From the NCBI GenBank assembly GCA_035547055.1, contig DASZVN010000057.1:25975-89974 (forward strand): a DNA stretch of 64,000 nucleotides, in the 5' to 3' direction. This stretch comes from Hyphomicrobiales bacterium (GTDB taxonomy: Bacteria; Pseudomonadota; Alphaproteobacteria; Rhizobiales; Methylopilaceae). The notes under the pieces are model-generated. The model ran no database searches, was not told the origin of the DNA, and saw nothing but the letters and a program-made list of their open reading frames with translations. The position numbers and the translations under genes were made by a program. Positions 1-11,085 of this stretch are shown in pieces (position 1 is the stretch's first letter; each line of letters begins with the position of its first letter).

Positions 1-1
1 C

Positions 2-340
2 ATGGCGACGCTGGCGGTGAACCCGACCCAGGGCTTCGATCCCAACTGGTCGGTCTCGATGCTGTTCATCACCATCGTCGGCGGCATCGGCACGCTGGAG
101 GGGCCGATCATCGGCACCATCATCTATTTCGCGCTGCAGGAGCTCTTCACCAACACCATCGTCGACGTCTGGCCCGACGCGCCGACCGGCACCCTCTATC
201 TCTGCGCGGTCGGTCTGGTCGCCATGCTGGCGATGCTCTATGCGCCGAACGGGCTGTGGCCGATGGTGCAGGGCCGCTTCGGCGTGGCCGGGCTCAGCGT
301 GCGCCGGCGCTCGCGCCGCGCGGCTGCGCTCGGGAGGTGA
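2..340 (+). CDS. branched-chain amino acid ABC transporter permease (LivH/LivM family), C-terminal fragment; gene begins upstream of the window
   Basis: Hydrophobic C-terminus with ITIVGGIGTLEGPIIGTIIYF, typical of LivH/LivM permeases. The frame is open to the window edge. Confidence 0.7.
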   Translation: MATLAVNPTQGFDPNWSVSMLFITIVGGIGTLEGPIIGTIIYFALQELFTNTIVDVWPDAPTGTLYLCAVGLVAMLAMLYAPNGLWPMVQGRFGVAGLSVRRRSRRAAALGR

Positions 341-345
341 GAGGA

Positions 346-1689
346 ATGCCGAATTCGGCCGCCGCCGAGACGTCGATCGCCCGCCTGTTCAGTACCGAGT
401 TCACCCAGCTTCTCCGCATGGAGATGGAGGTGGCGCTGGCGCGGGTGCAGGCGCGGCGCGGCATCATCCCGAACGCCGCGGCCGAGGAGATCGCCCGCAC
501 CGCCAATCTCGACGCCGTGCCGCCGGCGATGGTCGCGGAGCGGCAGCGCACCGTGACCCACCCGATGGTGGCGCTGCTCGACTCCTGGGCTGCCGTCGCC
601 CGTGACGGCGCGGGGGAGTGGATCCACTACGGCGCGACCTCGGCCGACATCTTCGACACCGTGCTGGTGATCCAGATGCGGCGGGCGTCGCAGCTCGTCC
701 TCGTCGAGCTCCGCCGCGCCGAGGCGGCGCTGATGCGGCTCGCGGCGGACCATCGGGCGACGCCGATGATCGGCCGTACGGTCGGCCGCCATGCGCTGCC
801 GATCACCTTCGGCCTCAAGGCCGCGAGCTGGCTCGGCGAGAACCGTCGCAACATCGAGCGGCTCAAGGCGTGGCGCGCCCGCACCGGGACCGGGATGCTG
901 TCCGGCGCGGTCGGCAGCTATGCCTCGCTCGGGCCGGACGCGCTCGCGGTCGAGGCCGAGGTCATGGCCGAGCTCGGCCTCGCGCCGCCCTGGCCGGCGG
1001 ACTGGAAGGGCAATCGCGACATCCATGCCGAGTATGGCCAGGTGCTGGCGCTGATCGCGCGGAGCTGGGCCAACGTGGCGGACGACGTCTTCGTCCGCCA
1101 GGGCGACGATTTCCGCGAGCTGGCCGAGCCGGCGATGGGCGTTGGCTCCTCGACCATGCCGCACAAGCAGAACCCGGTGAAGTCGCGCGCCATGCTCGCG
1201 CAGGCCGGGGTGGTGGTGCACGAGGCCGACATCCTGCGCGACTGGATGGTGTCGCATTTCGAGCGCGACCAGATCTCCAGCCTGGATGCGGTCGGCAGCG
1301 TGAGCGTCGCGGCCGATCGCCTGGTGCGGGATGCCGCCGACATGGCCGAAGGCCTGATCGTGCTGCCCGAGAACATGCGGCGCAATCTCGGCCGCACCGG
1401 CGGGCTCGTCATGGCCGAGCGGGCGATGTTCCTGCTCGGCGAGCGCATCGGCAAGCATACCGCCCACGAGGAGGTGCGCCTCGCCGCGCAAGCCGCGTGG
1501 CGGAACGGAACCTCGCTTGTCGACGAGATCAACCGTCGCCCGGGCCTGGCCGAGCACGCCGCCGCGCTGAACCTCGCCGACGCGCTCGATCCCGTCCGCT
1601 ATATCGGCCTCGCTCCCGAGTCCGCCGACCGCACGGTCGCGATGATCCGGGCCGCCCGCGAGACCGATGGCGAGGCATTGACGAGCTGA
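346..1689 (+). CDS. fumarate-lyase superfamily protein (adenylosuccinate lyase / 3-carboxy-cis,cis-muconate cycloisomerase-like)
   Basis: Signature GSSTMPHKQNPVKSR (GSSxMPxKxN). ATG at 346 is preceded by GGGAGGTGAGAGG. About 447 aa, typical for the family. Confidence 0.8.
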   Translation: MPNSAAAETSIARLFSTEFTQLLRMEMEVALARVQARRGIIPNAAAEEIARTANLDAVPPAMVAERQRTVTHPMVALLDSWAAVARDGAGEWIHYGATSADIFDTVLVIQMRRASQLVLVELRRAEAALMRLAADHRATPMIGRTVGRHALPITFGLKAASWLGENRRNIERLKAWRARTGTGMLSGAVGSYASLGPDALAVEAEVMAELGLAPPWPADWKGNRDIHAEYGQVLALIARSWANVADDVFVRQGDDFRELAEPAMGVGSSTMPHKQNPVKSRAMLAQAGVVVHEADILRDWMVSHFERDQISSLDAVGSVSVAADRLVRDAADMAEGLIVLPENMRRNLGRTGGLVMAERAMFLLGERIGKHTAHEEVRLAAQAAWRNGTSLVDEINRRPGLAEHAAALNLADALDPVRYIGLAPESADRTVAMIRAARETDGEALTS

Positions 1690-1693
1690 GTCC

Positions 1694-1786
1694 GTCATGG
1701 CCGGGCCTGTCCCGGCCATCCACGACTTTCTCTAACGGCGGCGCTGCAAACTCGTGGAATGCCTGGGCCAAGCCCGGGCATGATGG
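1694..1786. repeat. composite REP-type intergenic element, copy 1 (31-bp palindromic module plus gcctgggc..cccgggcatgatgg module)
   Basis: 1694-1724 gtcatggccgggcctgtcccggccatccacg recurs inverted at 26239-26269 with 1 mismatch. 1761-1786 resembles 6860-6883. Confidence 0.7.
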
Positions 1787-1804
1787 GGAGCCGTGTTTTC
1801 CGTT

Positions 1805-3667
1805 CTATTCCGCCGCCGCGTGACGGGGTGAGCGCGGCGGGCCGAGCCGGCGCGGCCGGGACTTCGGGCTGCGCCCGAAATAGGCCGAGCGCTCGCGCTC
1901 CTGCGAGCCGGTATGGGCGCGGATGCGCAGGAGGTCCTTGCGCGCGACCAGGCCGGCGAGCCGGCTGGTGCCGCGCTCGACGATCGGCACGCGGCCGACG
2001 TCCGCGTCGACCATGAGGTCGGCGATGTGGGCGAGGATGTCGTCGGGGTGGGCGACCACGAGCGACGCGTCGGACACCGCGTCCTGCAAGGTCTGGCCGT
2101 TGTGGCTGCCCTCGACCATCCAGCGGAGAATGTGGCTGCGGGCGGCCATGCCGACGACGCGGCCGGCACGGTCGACCACGGGATAGGACTTGTAGCGCGG
2201 CTCCGAGCCGGTGAAGAACGCCACCGCTTCGTCGATCGGCATCCGGGCCGGCAAAGTCTGCATCTCGGCGAGCGGCACCATGACGTCGCGCGCGCGCATG
2301 ATCTCGAAGGGATCGACGCTGTATTCGCGCGTCAGGTGGAGGCCGCGGCGGGCGATCTTCTCGGTCAGGATCGAGCGCTTGAGGAGGAGCACGGTCACGG
2401 CGAAGGCCGCGCTCGTCGTCGCCAGGAGCGCCGGCAGGATCGCGATGTTGCCCGTGAGCTCGACCGCGAACAGCGCTGCGGTCAGCGGCGCCCGCATGGT
2501 GCCGCCGATCATGCCGGCCATGCCGAGCAGCGCCCAGAAGCCGACCTCGCCCGGCAGCCACAGCCCTTCCAGGCTGCCCAGGGCGCCGCCGAGGATGAGA
2601 AGCGGCGCCAGCACGCCGCCCGAGGTGCCCGACGCCAGCGCCACCAGCCAGATCGCGGCCTTGACCAGGAGCAGCGTCACCGCCGCCTGGCCGGCGATAT
2701 GGCCCGACAGCAGCGCCGCGATCTGGTCGTAGCCGACCCCGAGGGCGCCGGGGTCGAACAGGCCGCCGACGCCGACCGCGAGGCCGCCGATCGCGGGCCA
2801 CCACATCCAGTGCAGCCTGATGTGGCTGAAGAGGTCCTCGCAGCCGTAGAGCAGCGTCGTCAGGAGGCCCGACTGCAGCCCGGCGACGATGCCGACGCCG
2901 ACATAGAGCGGCCAGCTCCACCACGGCAGGTGCGGCACGAACGCGAAGGCGAACAGCGGGCCCGAGCCGATCAGGAGCGGGCGCATCGCCGCGGCCACCA
3001 CCGCGGCGGCGGCGACCGGGATAAAGCTCCGCGGCTTCCACTCGAACAGCAGGAGCTCGACGGCGAGCATCACCGCCGCGATCGGCGTGCCGAAGATCGC
3101 GGTCATGCCGGCCGCGGCGCCGGCGACGAGGAGCGTCTTGCGCTCGGCCGCGCTCATCCGGAAGAACTGGGCGAACAGCGAGCCGATCGCGCCGCCGGTC
3201 ATGATGATCGGGCCCTCGGCGCCGAACGGGCCGCCGGTGCCGATCGAGATCGCCGACGACAGCGGCTTCAGCGCCGCGACCTTGGGCTCCATCCGGCTGC
3301 CGCCGATCAGGATCGCCTCGATCGCCTCGGGAATGCCGTGGCCGCGGATCTTCTCCGAGCCGAATCGCGCCATCAGGCCGATGGCGAGGCCGCCGACGGC
3401 CGGGGCCAGCACCATCCACCAGTTCGGATGTGCGGACGACAGAAACACCGACGCGGTCGAGAAGCGGCCGAACCACGTCAGGTTCGTCACCAGCGCGATC
3501 AGCTTCACCAGCACCCAGGCCGACGCGGTGCCGCCGGCGCCGACCACGATGGCCATGGCGATCAGGACGAGGATGCGGGGGTTCGCGGTGAAATCGCCCA
3601 GCTTGGCGGAGCTGCTCTGGTGCGGCCGGGCGGCCGGCGGTGCTGCCCTACTCGACGTTTGCGACAT
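1805..3667 (-). CDS. ClC-family voltage-gated chloride channel/antiporter with C-terminal CBS-domain pair
   Basis: Motifs GSEKIRGHGIPE, GTGGPFGAEGP and GTSGGVLAPLL. The C-terminal ~150 aa look CBS-like. Start taken at internal ATG 3667 (MSQTSS); the ORF extends to 3697. Confidence 0.85.
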   Translation of the reverse strand: MSQTSSRAAPPAARPHQSSSAKLGDFTANPRILVLIAMAIVVGAGGTASAWVLVKLIALVTNLTWFGRFSTASVFLSSAHPNWWMVLAPAVGGLAIGLMARFGSEKIRGHGIPEAIEAILIGGSRMEPKVAALKPLSSAISIGTGGPFGAEGPIIMTGGAIGSLFAQFFRMSAAERKTLLVAGAAAGMTAIFGTPIAAVMLAVELLLFEWKPRSFIPVAAAAVVAAAMRPLLIGSGPLFAFAFVPHLPWWSWPLYVGVGIVAGLQSGLLTTLLYGCEDLFSHIRLHWMWWPAIGGLAVGVGGLFDPGALGVGYDQIAALLSGHIAGQAAVTLLLVKAAIWLVALASGTSGGVLAPLLILGGALGSLEGLWLPGEVGFWALLGMAGMIGGTMRAPLTAALFAVELTGNIAILPALLATTSAAFAVTVLLLKRSILTEKIARRGLHLTREYSVDPFEIMRARDVMVPLAEMQTLPARMPIDEAVAFFTGSEPRYKSYPVVDRAGRVVGMAARSHILRWMVEGSHNGQTLQDAVSDASLVVAHPDDILAHIADLMVDADVGRVPIVERGTSRLAGLVARKDLLRIRAHTGSQERERSAYFGRSPKSRPRRLGPPRSPRHAAAE

Positions 3668-3827
3668 AGTGGGGAACAATCTCTGAATGCGACGCACGCT
3701 CGTGCGCCGGGCCGCTGCGCCGGAGGGACGGGTGTCCTGTCGGAACGTAAGCGACGCCCGGCGGGTGATGCCGGGCGTCGCGTGAGCGATTTATGTCGCG
3801 GAGCGATATAAATCAAGCGAAGCTATT

Positions 3828-3842
3828 GCATTGCAGCAATGC
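3828..3842. promoter_or_regulatory. perfect palindrome GCATTGC-A-GCAATGC just upstream of the marR-family start; candidate MarR operator
   Basis: Seen directly: 7-bp arms with a 1-nt spacer, ending 5 nt before ATG 3847. MarR-family dimers typically bind short palindromes overlapping their own promoters. Confidence 0.4.
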
Positions 3843-3846
3843 GAAA

Positions 3847-4317
3847 ATGACGCGCGCGACTCAATTATTAACCAAGGCGGACTACCGTAGGCTCGCGGCC
3901 TTTCGTGCCGCGCTGCGGCAATTCCTGGCGTTCAGCGAGGGGGCTGCCCGGGCCGTCGGCCTTGCGCCGCAGCAACACCAGGCGCTGCTCGCGATCAAGG
4001 GTCATCCTAACGGCGGGCGGGTCTCGATCGGCGACCTCGCGGTGAGCCTCGGCATCCGGCCCAACACCGCGGTGGAACTGGCCGACCGGCTGGTCGCCGC
4101 CGGCCTGGTGCGGCGCAGCGGGTCGCCGGACGACGGCCGGCGCGTGCTCCTGGCGCTGACGGCGAAGGCCGAGCGGCTGCTCGCCGACCTGTCGGGCGCG
4201 CATCTCGAGGAGCTGCGCCGCATGGCGCCGATGCTGGCCGACCTCCTCGCTGGCCTGCGCGGATCGCCGGAACCGGCGCCGCCTGCCGCAGCCGGGGACG
4301 GCGACGACGCCGGCTGA
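3847..4317 (+). CDS. MarR family transcriptional regulator
   Basis: wHTH region ...SIGDLAVSLGIRPNTAVELADRLVAAGLVRR...DGRRVLLALT. About 156 aa from ATG 3847; the ORF could start at 3793. Confidence 0.8.
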   Translation: MTRATQLLTKADYRRLAAFRAALRQFLAFSEGAARAVGLAPQQHQALLAIKGHPNGGRVSIGDLAVSLGIRPNTAVELADRLVAAGLVRRSGSPDDGRRVLLALTAKAERLLADLSGAHLEELRRMAPMLADLLAGLRGSPEPAPPAAAGDGDDAG

Positions 4318-4327
4318 GGCGGTTCCC

Positions 4328-5227
4328 TCAGGTCAGCCGGTACGCGGCCGCCGCACCTTCGCCGGCGGCGGCGACGATGCCGCGCGCTTCGAGGTCGCGG
4401 AGGTGGGCGAGGACCGACATGCCCGCCGCCGGCACCAGCCGCGGGTCGAGGCCGCGATAGAGCGCGGCGACGATCGCCGGGATGGCGCGGTCGCCGGCTT
4501 TCAGGCGGGCGACGATCTGGGCTTCGCGAAAGCGGCGGTGCTTGAGCAGGCCGGCGACGTAGGCCCGGGCTTCCGACTTGGCCGGGCCGTGTGCCGGATA
4601 ATACAGGTCTTCGGGACGGTTGATCAGCTTGTCTAACGAGCCGCGATAGCTCGCCATGTCGCCATCGGGCGGCGCCACCACCGTGGTGGACCATGCCATC
4701 ACATGGTCGCCGGAGAACAGCGCCGCCTCCTCGGCGAGGGCGAAGGCGAGGTGGTTCGAGGTATGGCCCGGCGTCGCCACCGCGGTCAGCGTCCAGCCCG
4801 GCCCGGCGACGGCCTCGCCGTCGGCAAGGATGCGCGCCGGCCGATAGCTGCTGTCGCCGCCGGCATCGAGGCGGACGCCGCCCTCGCCATGGACCATGGG
4901 CGCGCAGCCGACGACCGGGGCGCCGGTCTCGGCCGCCAGCGCCGCGACCGCCCCGGTATGGTCGCGGTGGGTGTGGGTGACGACGATCGCCTCGACGATC
5001 TCGCCCCGGAGCGCGGCGAGCAGGGCGGCGACATGGGCCGGATCGTCCGGGCCGGGGTCGATCACCGCGACGCGGCCGTGGCCGACGAGGTGGGTCTGGG
5101 TGCCGGTGAAGGTGAATGCGCTCGGATTCGGCGCCAGCACCCGCCGCACCAGCGGCGAGAGCCGGACCGGCTCGCCCGGCGCGCCTTCGGCCGAGCGGTC
5201 GAAGACGAGATCGTCGGCGGCCGTCAT
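4328..5227 (-). CDS. MBL-fold metallo-hydrolase
   Basis: HxHxDH motif (VTHTHRDHTG), later GHTSNH, and a C-terminal wHTH-like tail as in hydroxyacylglutathione-hydrolase-like proteins. Confidence 0.8.
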   Translation of the reverse strand: MTAADDLVFDRSAEGAPGEPVRLSPLVRRVLAPNPSAFTFTGTQTHLVGHGRVAVIDPGPDDPAHVAALLAALRGEIVEAIVVTHTHRDHTGAVAALAAETGAPVVGCAPMVHGEGGVRLDAGGDSSYRPARILADGEAVAGPGWTLTAVATPGHTSNHLAFALAEEAALFSGDHVMAWSTTVVAPPDGDMASYRGSLDKLINRPEDLYYPAHGPAKSEARAYVAGLLKHRRFREAQIVARLKAGDRAIPAIVAALYRGLDPRLVPAAGMSVLAHLRDLEARGIVAAAGEGAAAAYRLT

Positions 5228-5427
5228 GCCGCCGTCATATCACGAGGAAATCGGCGTGCGTCAGGGCTGGATGGCTCGCGAGCGTGGCGAAATGAATCGC
5301 CGCCGCGCGCAACCGATGCTGGTGTCTGCGGCGGCCCGGCAACACGCGCTCACGAATTTTGAACCGCTTTCGTGCGATCCTGCGCTATGGGGACGGTGGC
5401 GTATGACGGGTCGAGGCCGGAGCAGCG

Positions 5428-6774
<1,347 letters not shown>

Positions 6775-6791
6775 CATCCGAAATCGCCACC

Positions 6792-6883
6792 GTCGTGCCC
6801 GGCCTCGGGCCGGGGCTTCCACGCGTTTGGAGCGCGACGACAGAAGGAAGTCGCGGGTCGCCTGGGCACGCCCGGCCATGACG
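6792..6883. repeat. composite REP-type intergenic element, copy 2 (same orientation and layout as 1694-1786)
   Basis: 6792-6823 gtcgtgcccggcctcgggccggggcttccacg and 6860-6883 gcctgggcacgcccggccatgacg parallel the two modules downstream of the lyase gene. Confidence 0.6.
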
Positions 6884-6960
6884 CCGAATCCACGAAAACG
6901 TAAGCGGCCCGGCGGAGGCCGCCGGGCCGCTTACGCTGTACCCAAAATCCGCGGGACGGG

Positions 6961-7773
6961 TCAGTTCAGCAGATAGCGCAGGCCGATGCGCACGTCGCTC
7001 GAGGCGAGGTCCTTGAACTTCATCGGGTTGTAGACGGTGTTGGTGCCGTCGAAGGCGATCAGGTCGCCGGAATGCGCGTTGCCGAGGCTGAGGTAGCGGT
7101 ACGACAGCTCCACCGTCAGGTTCGGCGTGATGTCGAAGGCGAGGCCGCCGTAGAGCGCCCAGGCGAAGTTCCACTGGGACTCGGTCGCGCCGCGGGCATT
7201 GCTCGCGACCGGCGGGCCGCCGGCGCCGGGCAGGTTCAGCCCGGCATCGGTGAAGTTGGAGATCGTGTTGCGCGCCGCGCCGACGCCGGCGCCGACGAAC
7301 GGCGTCACGCACCACCAGGTGCCGAGATCGACATAGGCGTTGGCGAGGAAGAGCCATTCGGACTTGGTCGCCGAGTACTGGTCGACGCCGCTGCCGCCGC
7401 CGGCAACCGGGAAGAGGTCCATGCCGTGGAAATTGGCGCCGCCGCGATACTCGGCGGTGACGTCGGTGCGGAGCCACCGGTTCCACTTGTAGCCGATGCC
7501 GATGTCGGCGATCGGCGCGGCGTCGAAGCCCTTCTGGGCGTGGACGACGGCCCCGGGACCGCCCGGCACGGTGCTGTAGAGGGCGTTGTCGAGCGTCCGC
7601 ACCGTCTGATTGCTGAAGCCGACGTCGCCACGGAGGTAGAAGCCGCTGACCGTGACGACCGGCGCGGCCGGCGCGGGGATGATCGGCTGGATCAGGTCGG
7701 CTGCGTTCGCCGTGATCGGCGACAGCAGCGCTCCTCCGAGCCCGGCCAACAGAAGCTTGCTTGCGACCCGCAT
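6961..7773 (-). CDS. outer-membrane beta-barrel protein (Omp25/Omp31/RopB-like porin family)
   Basis: Signal peptide ending ITANA/AD, alternating beta-strand pattern, aromatic-rich C-terminal strand RIGLRYLLN. ATG 7773 has GGAGGG upstream. Confidence 0.8.
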   Translation of the reverse strand: MRVASKLLLAGLGGALLSPITANAADLIQPIIPAPAAPVVTVSGFYLRGDVGFSNQTVRTLDNALYSTVPGGPGAVVHAQKGFDAAPIADIGIGYKWNRWLRTDVTAEYRGGANFHGMDLFPVAGGGSGVDQYSATKSEWLFLANAYVDLGTWWCVTPFVGAGVGAARNTISNFTDAGLNLPGAGGPPVASNARGATESQWNFAWALYGGLAFDITPNLTVELSYRYLSLGNAHSGDLIAFDGTNTVYNPMKFKDLASSDVRIGLRYLLN

Positions 7774-7996
7774 AACCCCCACCCTCCGGAATTGCTTGGC
7801 GCCCGGCGCCTTGCGTCGGAATGATGTTCGGGAGTCGTTAAAGGCGGGTTAAGGTTAACGGCCGCATCGGGGCCGTATTGCGCCGGCTTCCCCGCCATGC
7901 CGCGCTCGTCTATATGCCGTGCTATCCTGATTTTCAGGCTGCTTTGCGCCTGCGGCATCGGCCGCGGCGGTGGCCGCACGAGCCCGGGAACCCGCC

Positions 7997-8746
7997 ATGT
8001 CCGGACATTCGCAGTTCAAGAACATCATGCACCGCAAGGGGCGGCAGGATGCGCAGAAGTCGAAGCTGTTCTCCAAGCTTGCCCGCGAGATCACGGTCTC
8101 GGCCAAGCTCGGCGCGCCCGACCCGGCGATGAACGCCAGGCTGCGCCTCGCCGTGCTCGCGGCGCGGGCGGAGAACATGCCCAAGGACAATATCGACCGC
8201 GCCATCAAGAAGGCGCTCGGCGGCGAGGGCGAGAGCTACGAGGAGGTGCGCTACGAGGGCTACGGCCCCGGCGGCGCCGCGGTCATCGTCGAGGCGCTGA
8301 CTGACAACCGCAACCGCACGGCCTCGGCGGTCCGTTCCTATTTCACCCGCGCGGGCGGAGCGCTCGGCGAAACCGGCTCGGTCTCCTTCATGTTCAACCG
8401 GGTCGGCGAGGTCGTCTATCCCGCCGCGGCGGGCTCGGCGGACAAGGTGCTGGAGGCGGCGATCGAGGCCGGCGCCGACGACGTGCAGTCCGACGCCGAG
8501 CGCCACGTCGTCACCTGCGCCTACGAGGACCTCGGCGAGGTTTCCAAGACGCTGGAGGCGGCCCTGGGCGAGCCCGCGAGCGTCAAGGCGGTGTGGCGGC
8601 CGACCACGACCGCGCCGCTCGACGAGGAGCGCGCCCAGTCGATGCTGAAGCTGATGGATTCGCTCGACGACGACGACGACGTGCAGAACGTCTATGCCAA
8701 TTTCGAGGTCTCCGACGAGGTCATGGCGCGGCTGACGGCGGCGTGA
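7997..8746 (+). CDS. yebC: YebC/PmpR family DNA-binding transcriptional regulator
   Basis: [32 protein letters not shown] is the canonical YebC N-terminus. It sits upstream of ruvC as in many bacteria. Confidence 0.95.
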   Translation: MSGHSQFKNIMHRKGRQDAQKSKLFSKLAREITVSAKLGAPDPAMNARLRLAVLAARAENMPKDNIDRAIKKALGGEGESYEEVRYEGYGPGGAAVIVEALTDNRNRTASAVRSYFTRAGGALGETGSVSFMFNRVGEVVYPAAAGSADKVLEAAIEAGADDVQSDAERHVVTCAYEDLGEVSKTLEAALGEPASVKAVWRPTTTAPLDEERAQSMLKLMDSLDDDDDVQNVYANFEVSDEVMARLTAA

Positions 8747-8755
8747 CTTCCGTCG

Positions 8756-8865
8756 TCCCGGACGCGCGAAGCGCGGTCCGGGGATCCGGTTGCAGGTTCG
8801 TTGCAGGCGCGATGCCGGCCCCGGATCCGGCTCTCGCCTCCGGCGCGGCCGGGATGACAGCCTGC
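8756..8865. repeat. intergenic REP-like palindromic cluster between yebC and ruvC
   Basis: Imperfect hairpin tcccggacgcgc-gaa-gcgcggtccgggga (8756-8784). Repeated ggatccgg motifs and a ggccgggatgac motif resemble the other REP modules. Confidence 0.45.
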
Positions 8866-8920
8866 ATCTGCCGGTGCCTGACCCTTCGCGCCGCGCCCGC
8901 TTCCGGCTAAACCGGACGGC

Positions 8921-9430
8921 ATGGACGCAGGGGCGATTCGCATCCTCGGCATCGACCCGGGCCTTCGCCGCACCGGCTGGGGCGTGATCGCCTGTGCCGG
9001 CAACCGGCTCACCTTTCTCGCCTGCGGCACCGTGGTCCCGGACGAGGGGCTGGCGCTGGCGGCACGGCTTGCCGCGCTCCACGACGGCCTCGCCGCCGTC
9101 GTCGCCGCCCACGCGCCCGACGAGGCGGCGGTCGAGGAGACTTTCGTCAACGGCAACCCGGCCTCGACGCTCAAGCTCGGGCAGGCCCGCGGCATCGCCC
9201 TCCTGGTCCCCGCCCAGGCCGGCATCGCGGTGGCGGAATATGCGCCGAACCTCGTGAAGAAGACGGTGGTCGGCGTCGGCCATGCCGACAAGCGCCAGAT
9301 CGGCGCGATGGTCCGGGTGCTGCTGCCGCGGGCGGAGGCGGCCGGTGCCGACGCCGCCGACGCGCTCGCCGTCGCTATCACCCACGCCCATCACCGGGCG
9401 CGGGCGGCGCTGCTGGAGGCGGTCGGATGA
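8921..9430 (+). CDS. ruvC: crossover junction endodeoxyribonuclease RuvC
   Basis: [18 protein letters not shown] catalytic N-terminus, 169 aa, followed by ruvA and ruvB. Confidence 0.95.
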   Translation: MDAGAIRILGIDPGLRRTGWGVIACAGNRLTFLACGTVVPDEGLALAARLAALHDGLAAVVAAHAPDEAAVEETFVNGNPASTLKLGQARGIALLVPAQAGIAVAEYAPNLVKKTVVGVGHADKRQIGAMVRVLLPRAEAAGADAADALAVAITHAHHRARAALLEAVG

Positions 9431-10038
9431 TCGGCAAGCTTCGCGGCACCGTGGACAGCGTCGGCGAGGACTGGGCGATCCTCGACGTCGGCGGGGTCGG
9501 CTATCTCGTCACCTGCGCGCCGCGGACGCTGGCCAAGCTGCGCCGGGGCGAGGCAGCGACGCTCGCGATCGAGACTTACGTCCGCGAGGACCAGATCCGC
9601 CTGTTCGGGTTCGATGGCGACGCCGAGCGCGAGTGGTTCCGCCTGCTGCAGACGGTGCAGGGCGTCGGCGCCAAGGTGGCGCTGGCGGTGCTGGGCGTGC
9701 TCGGCGCGGCGGAACTCGCGAAGGCCATCGCCCTGCAGGACCGGCGCGCCATCGCCCAGGCCCCGGGCGTCGGGCCGAAGGTCGCCGCGCGCATCGCCGC
9801 CGAACTGAAGGACCGCGTGCCCGTCTTCGCGGCCGACCCGGCCCATGTCGGCCTCGCCGATGCGCTCGCGGCCGACGCCGCGCCGCAGCCGGCCGCCGAC
9901 GCCGTCTCGGCCCTGGTCAACCTCGGCTACGCCCAGGTCCAGGCCTCCGGCGCCATCGCCGCCGCCCTGAGGAAGGCGGGCGACGACGCCTCGACCGCCG
10001 CCCTGATTCGCCTCGGCCTCAAGGAGCTGGCGTCGTGA
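9427..10038 (+). CDS. ruvA: Holliday junction branch migration protein RuvA
   Basis: MIGKLRGTV..., HhH motifs ([15 protein letters not shown]; [12 protein letters not shown]). 4-nt overlap with ruvC. Confidence 0.95.
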   Translation: MIGKLRGTVDSVGEDWAILDVGGVGYLVTCAPRTLAKLRRGEAATLAIETYVREDQIRLFGFDGDAEREWFRLLQTVQGVGAKVALAVLGVLGAAELAKAIALQDRRAIAQAPGVGPKVAARIAAELKDRVPVFAADPAHVGLADALAADAAPQPAADAVSALVNLGYAQVQASGAIAAALRKAGDDASTAALIRLGLKELAS

Positions 10039-11078
10039 CCGCGGCGCGTCCGCTGCTGTCCGGCGAACGGCGCGAGGAGGACGCCGCGGAAACCTCGCTC
10101 CGGCCCCAGCGGCTCGCCGAGTTCATCGGCCAGCGCCAGGCCCGCGAGAATCTCGACGTCTTCGTCCAGGCCGCCAAGGCGCGGAACGAGGCGCTCGACC
10201 ACGTGCTGTTCGCCGGGCCGCCCGGCCTCGGCAAGACCACGCTGGCGCAGATCGTCGCCCGCGAGCTCGGCGTGAACTTCCGCGCGACCTCCGGCCCGGT
10301 CATCGCCAAGGCCGGCGACCTCGCGGCGCTCCTCACGAATCTGGAACCGCGGGACGTCCTCTTCATCGACGAGATCCACCGCCTCAACCCGGCGGTCGAG
10401 GAAATCCTCTACCCGGCGATGGAGGACTTTCAGCTCGACCTCATCATCGGCGAGGGGCCGGCGGCGCGCTCGGTCCGGATCGAGCTCGCGAAGTTCACCC
10501 TGGTCGGCGCCACCACCCGGGTCGGCCTGCTGACGACGCCGCTTCGCGATCGCTTCGGCATTCCGGTGCGCCTCGGCTTCTACAGCCACGACGAGCTGGA
10601 GGAGATCGTCCGCCGCGGCGCCCGGGTGCTGGGCGTCGCGCTCGCGCCGGACGGCGCCGCCGAAATCGCGAGGCGGGCGCGGGGCACCCCGCGCATCGCC
10701 GGCCGGCTGCTCCGCCGGGTCCGCGACTTCGCGGCCGTTTCCGGCGACAGCGCCATCACCCGCGAGGCCGCCGACCGCGCGCTGAACCGCCTGGAGGTCG
10801 ACGGCCGCGGTCTCGATGCGATGGACCGCCGCTATCTCACCACCATTGCGATCCACCATGGCGGCGGTCCGGTCGGGGTCGAGACCGTGGCGGCGGCGCT
10901 GTCGGAGCCACGCGACGCGATCGAGGAAATCATCGAGCCCTTCCTGATCCAGCAGGGCTTCGTGCAGCGCACCCCGCGCGGGCGCGTCCTGACGGCCCAC
11001 GCGTTCCGCCACCTCGGCCTCGCGATGCCGCAGCGGGCGGAGCCGGAGATGCCGCTGTTCGGCGAGGGCGAAGACTAG
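10035..11078 (+). CDS. ruvB: Holliday junction DNA helicase RuvB
   Basis: [12 protein letters not shown], Walker [10 protein letters not shown], Walker [12 protein letters not shown] start overlaps the ruvA stop (GTGA). The long upstream ORF extension overlaps ruvC and ruvA and is not coding. Confidence 0.95.
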   Translation: MTAARPLLSGERREEDAAETSLRPQRLAEFIGQRQARENLDVFVQAAKARNEALDHVLFAGPPGLGKTTLAQIVARELGVNFRATSGPVIAKAGDLAALLTNLEPRDVLFIDEIHRLNPAVEEILYPAMEDFQLDLIIGEGPAARSVRIELAKFTLVGATTRVGLLTTPLRDRFGIPVRLGFYSHDELEEIVRRGARVLGVALAPDGAAEIARRARGTPRIAGRLLRRVRDFAAVSGDSAITREAADRALNRLEVDGRGLDAMDRRYLTTIAIHHGGGPVGVETVAAALSEPRDAIEEIIEPFLIQQGFVQRTPRGRVLTAHAFRHLGLAMPQRAEPEMPLFGEGED

Positions 11079-11085
11079 AGGCGTC

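Noticed and set aside
238-3476. Long antisense or alternative-frame ORFs. Examples: 238-1719, 618-1823, 1695-3476, 1913-3811. Elsewhere: 5350-6879, 7934-9394, 14498-16516, 29558-31639, 33836-35860, 44689-46701 upstream part, 58110-59414
   Set aside because: All overlap well-supported genes and are dominated by Arg, Pro, Gly and Ala. They lack recognisable motifs. They are shadow ORFs expected at ~70% G+C.
3668-3760. Possible fluoride riboswitch upstream of the ClC gene
   Set aside because: Fluoride-responsive ClC-F proteins are short and lack CBS domains. This ClC is 620 aa with a CBS pair, and I could not see the crcB-motif pseudoknot consensus in the leader.
3751-3781. 12-bp perfect hairpin as an intrinsic terminator
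   Set aside because: It sits between divergently transcribed genes with no upstream gene to terminate, and it has no T-tract. It is more likely a REP-like or regulatory structure. It is noted in the MarR finding instead.
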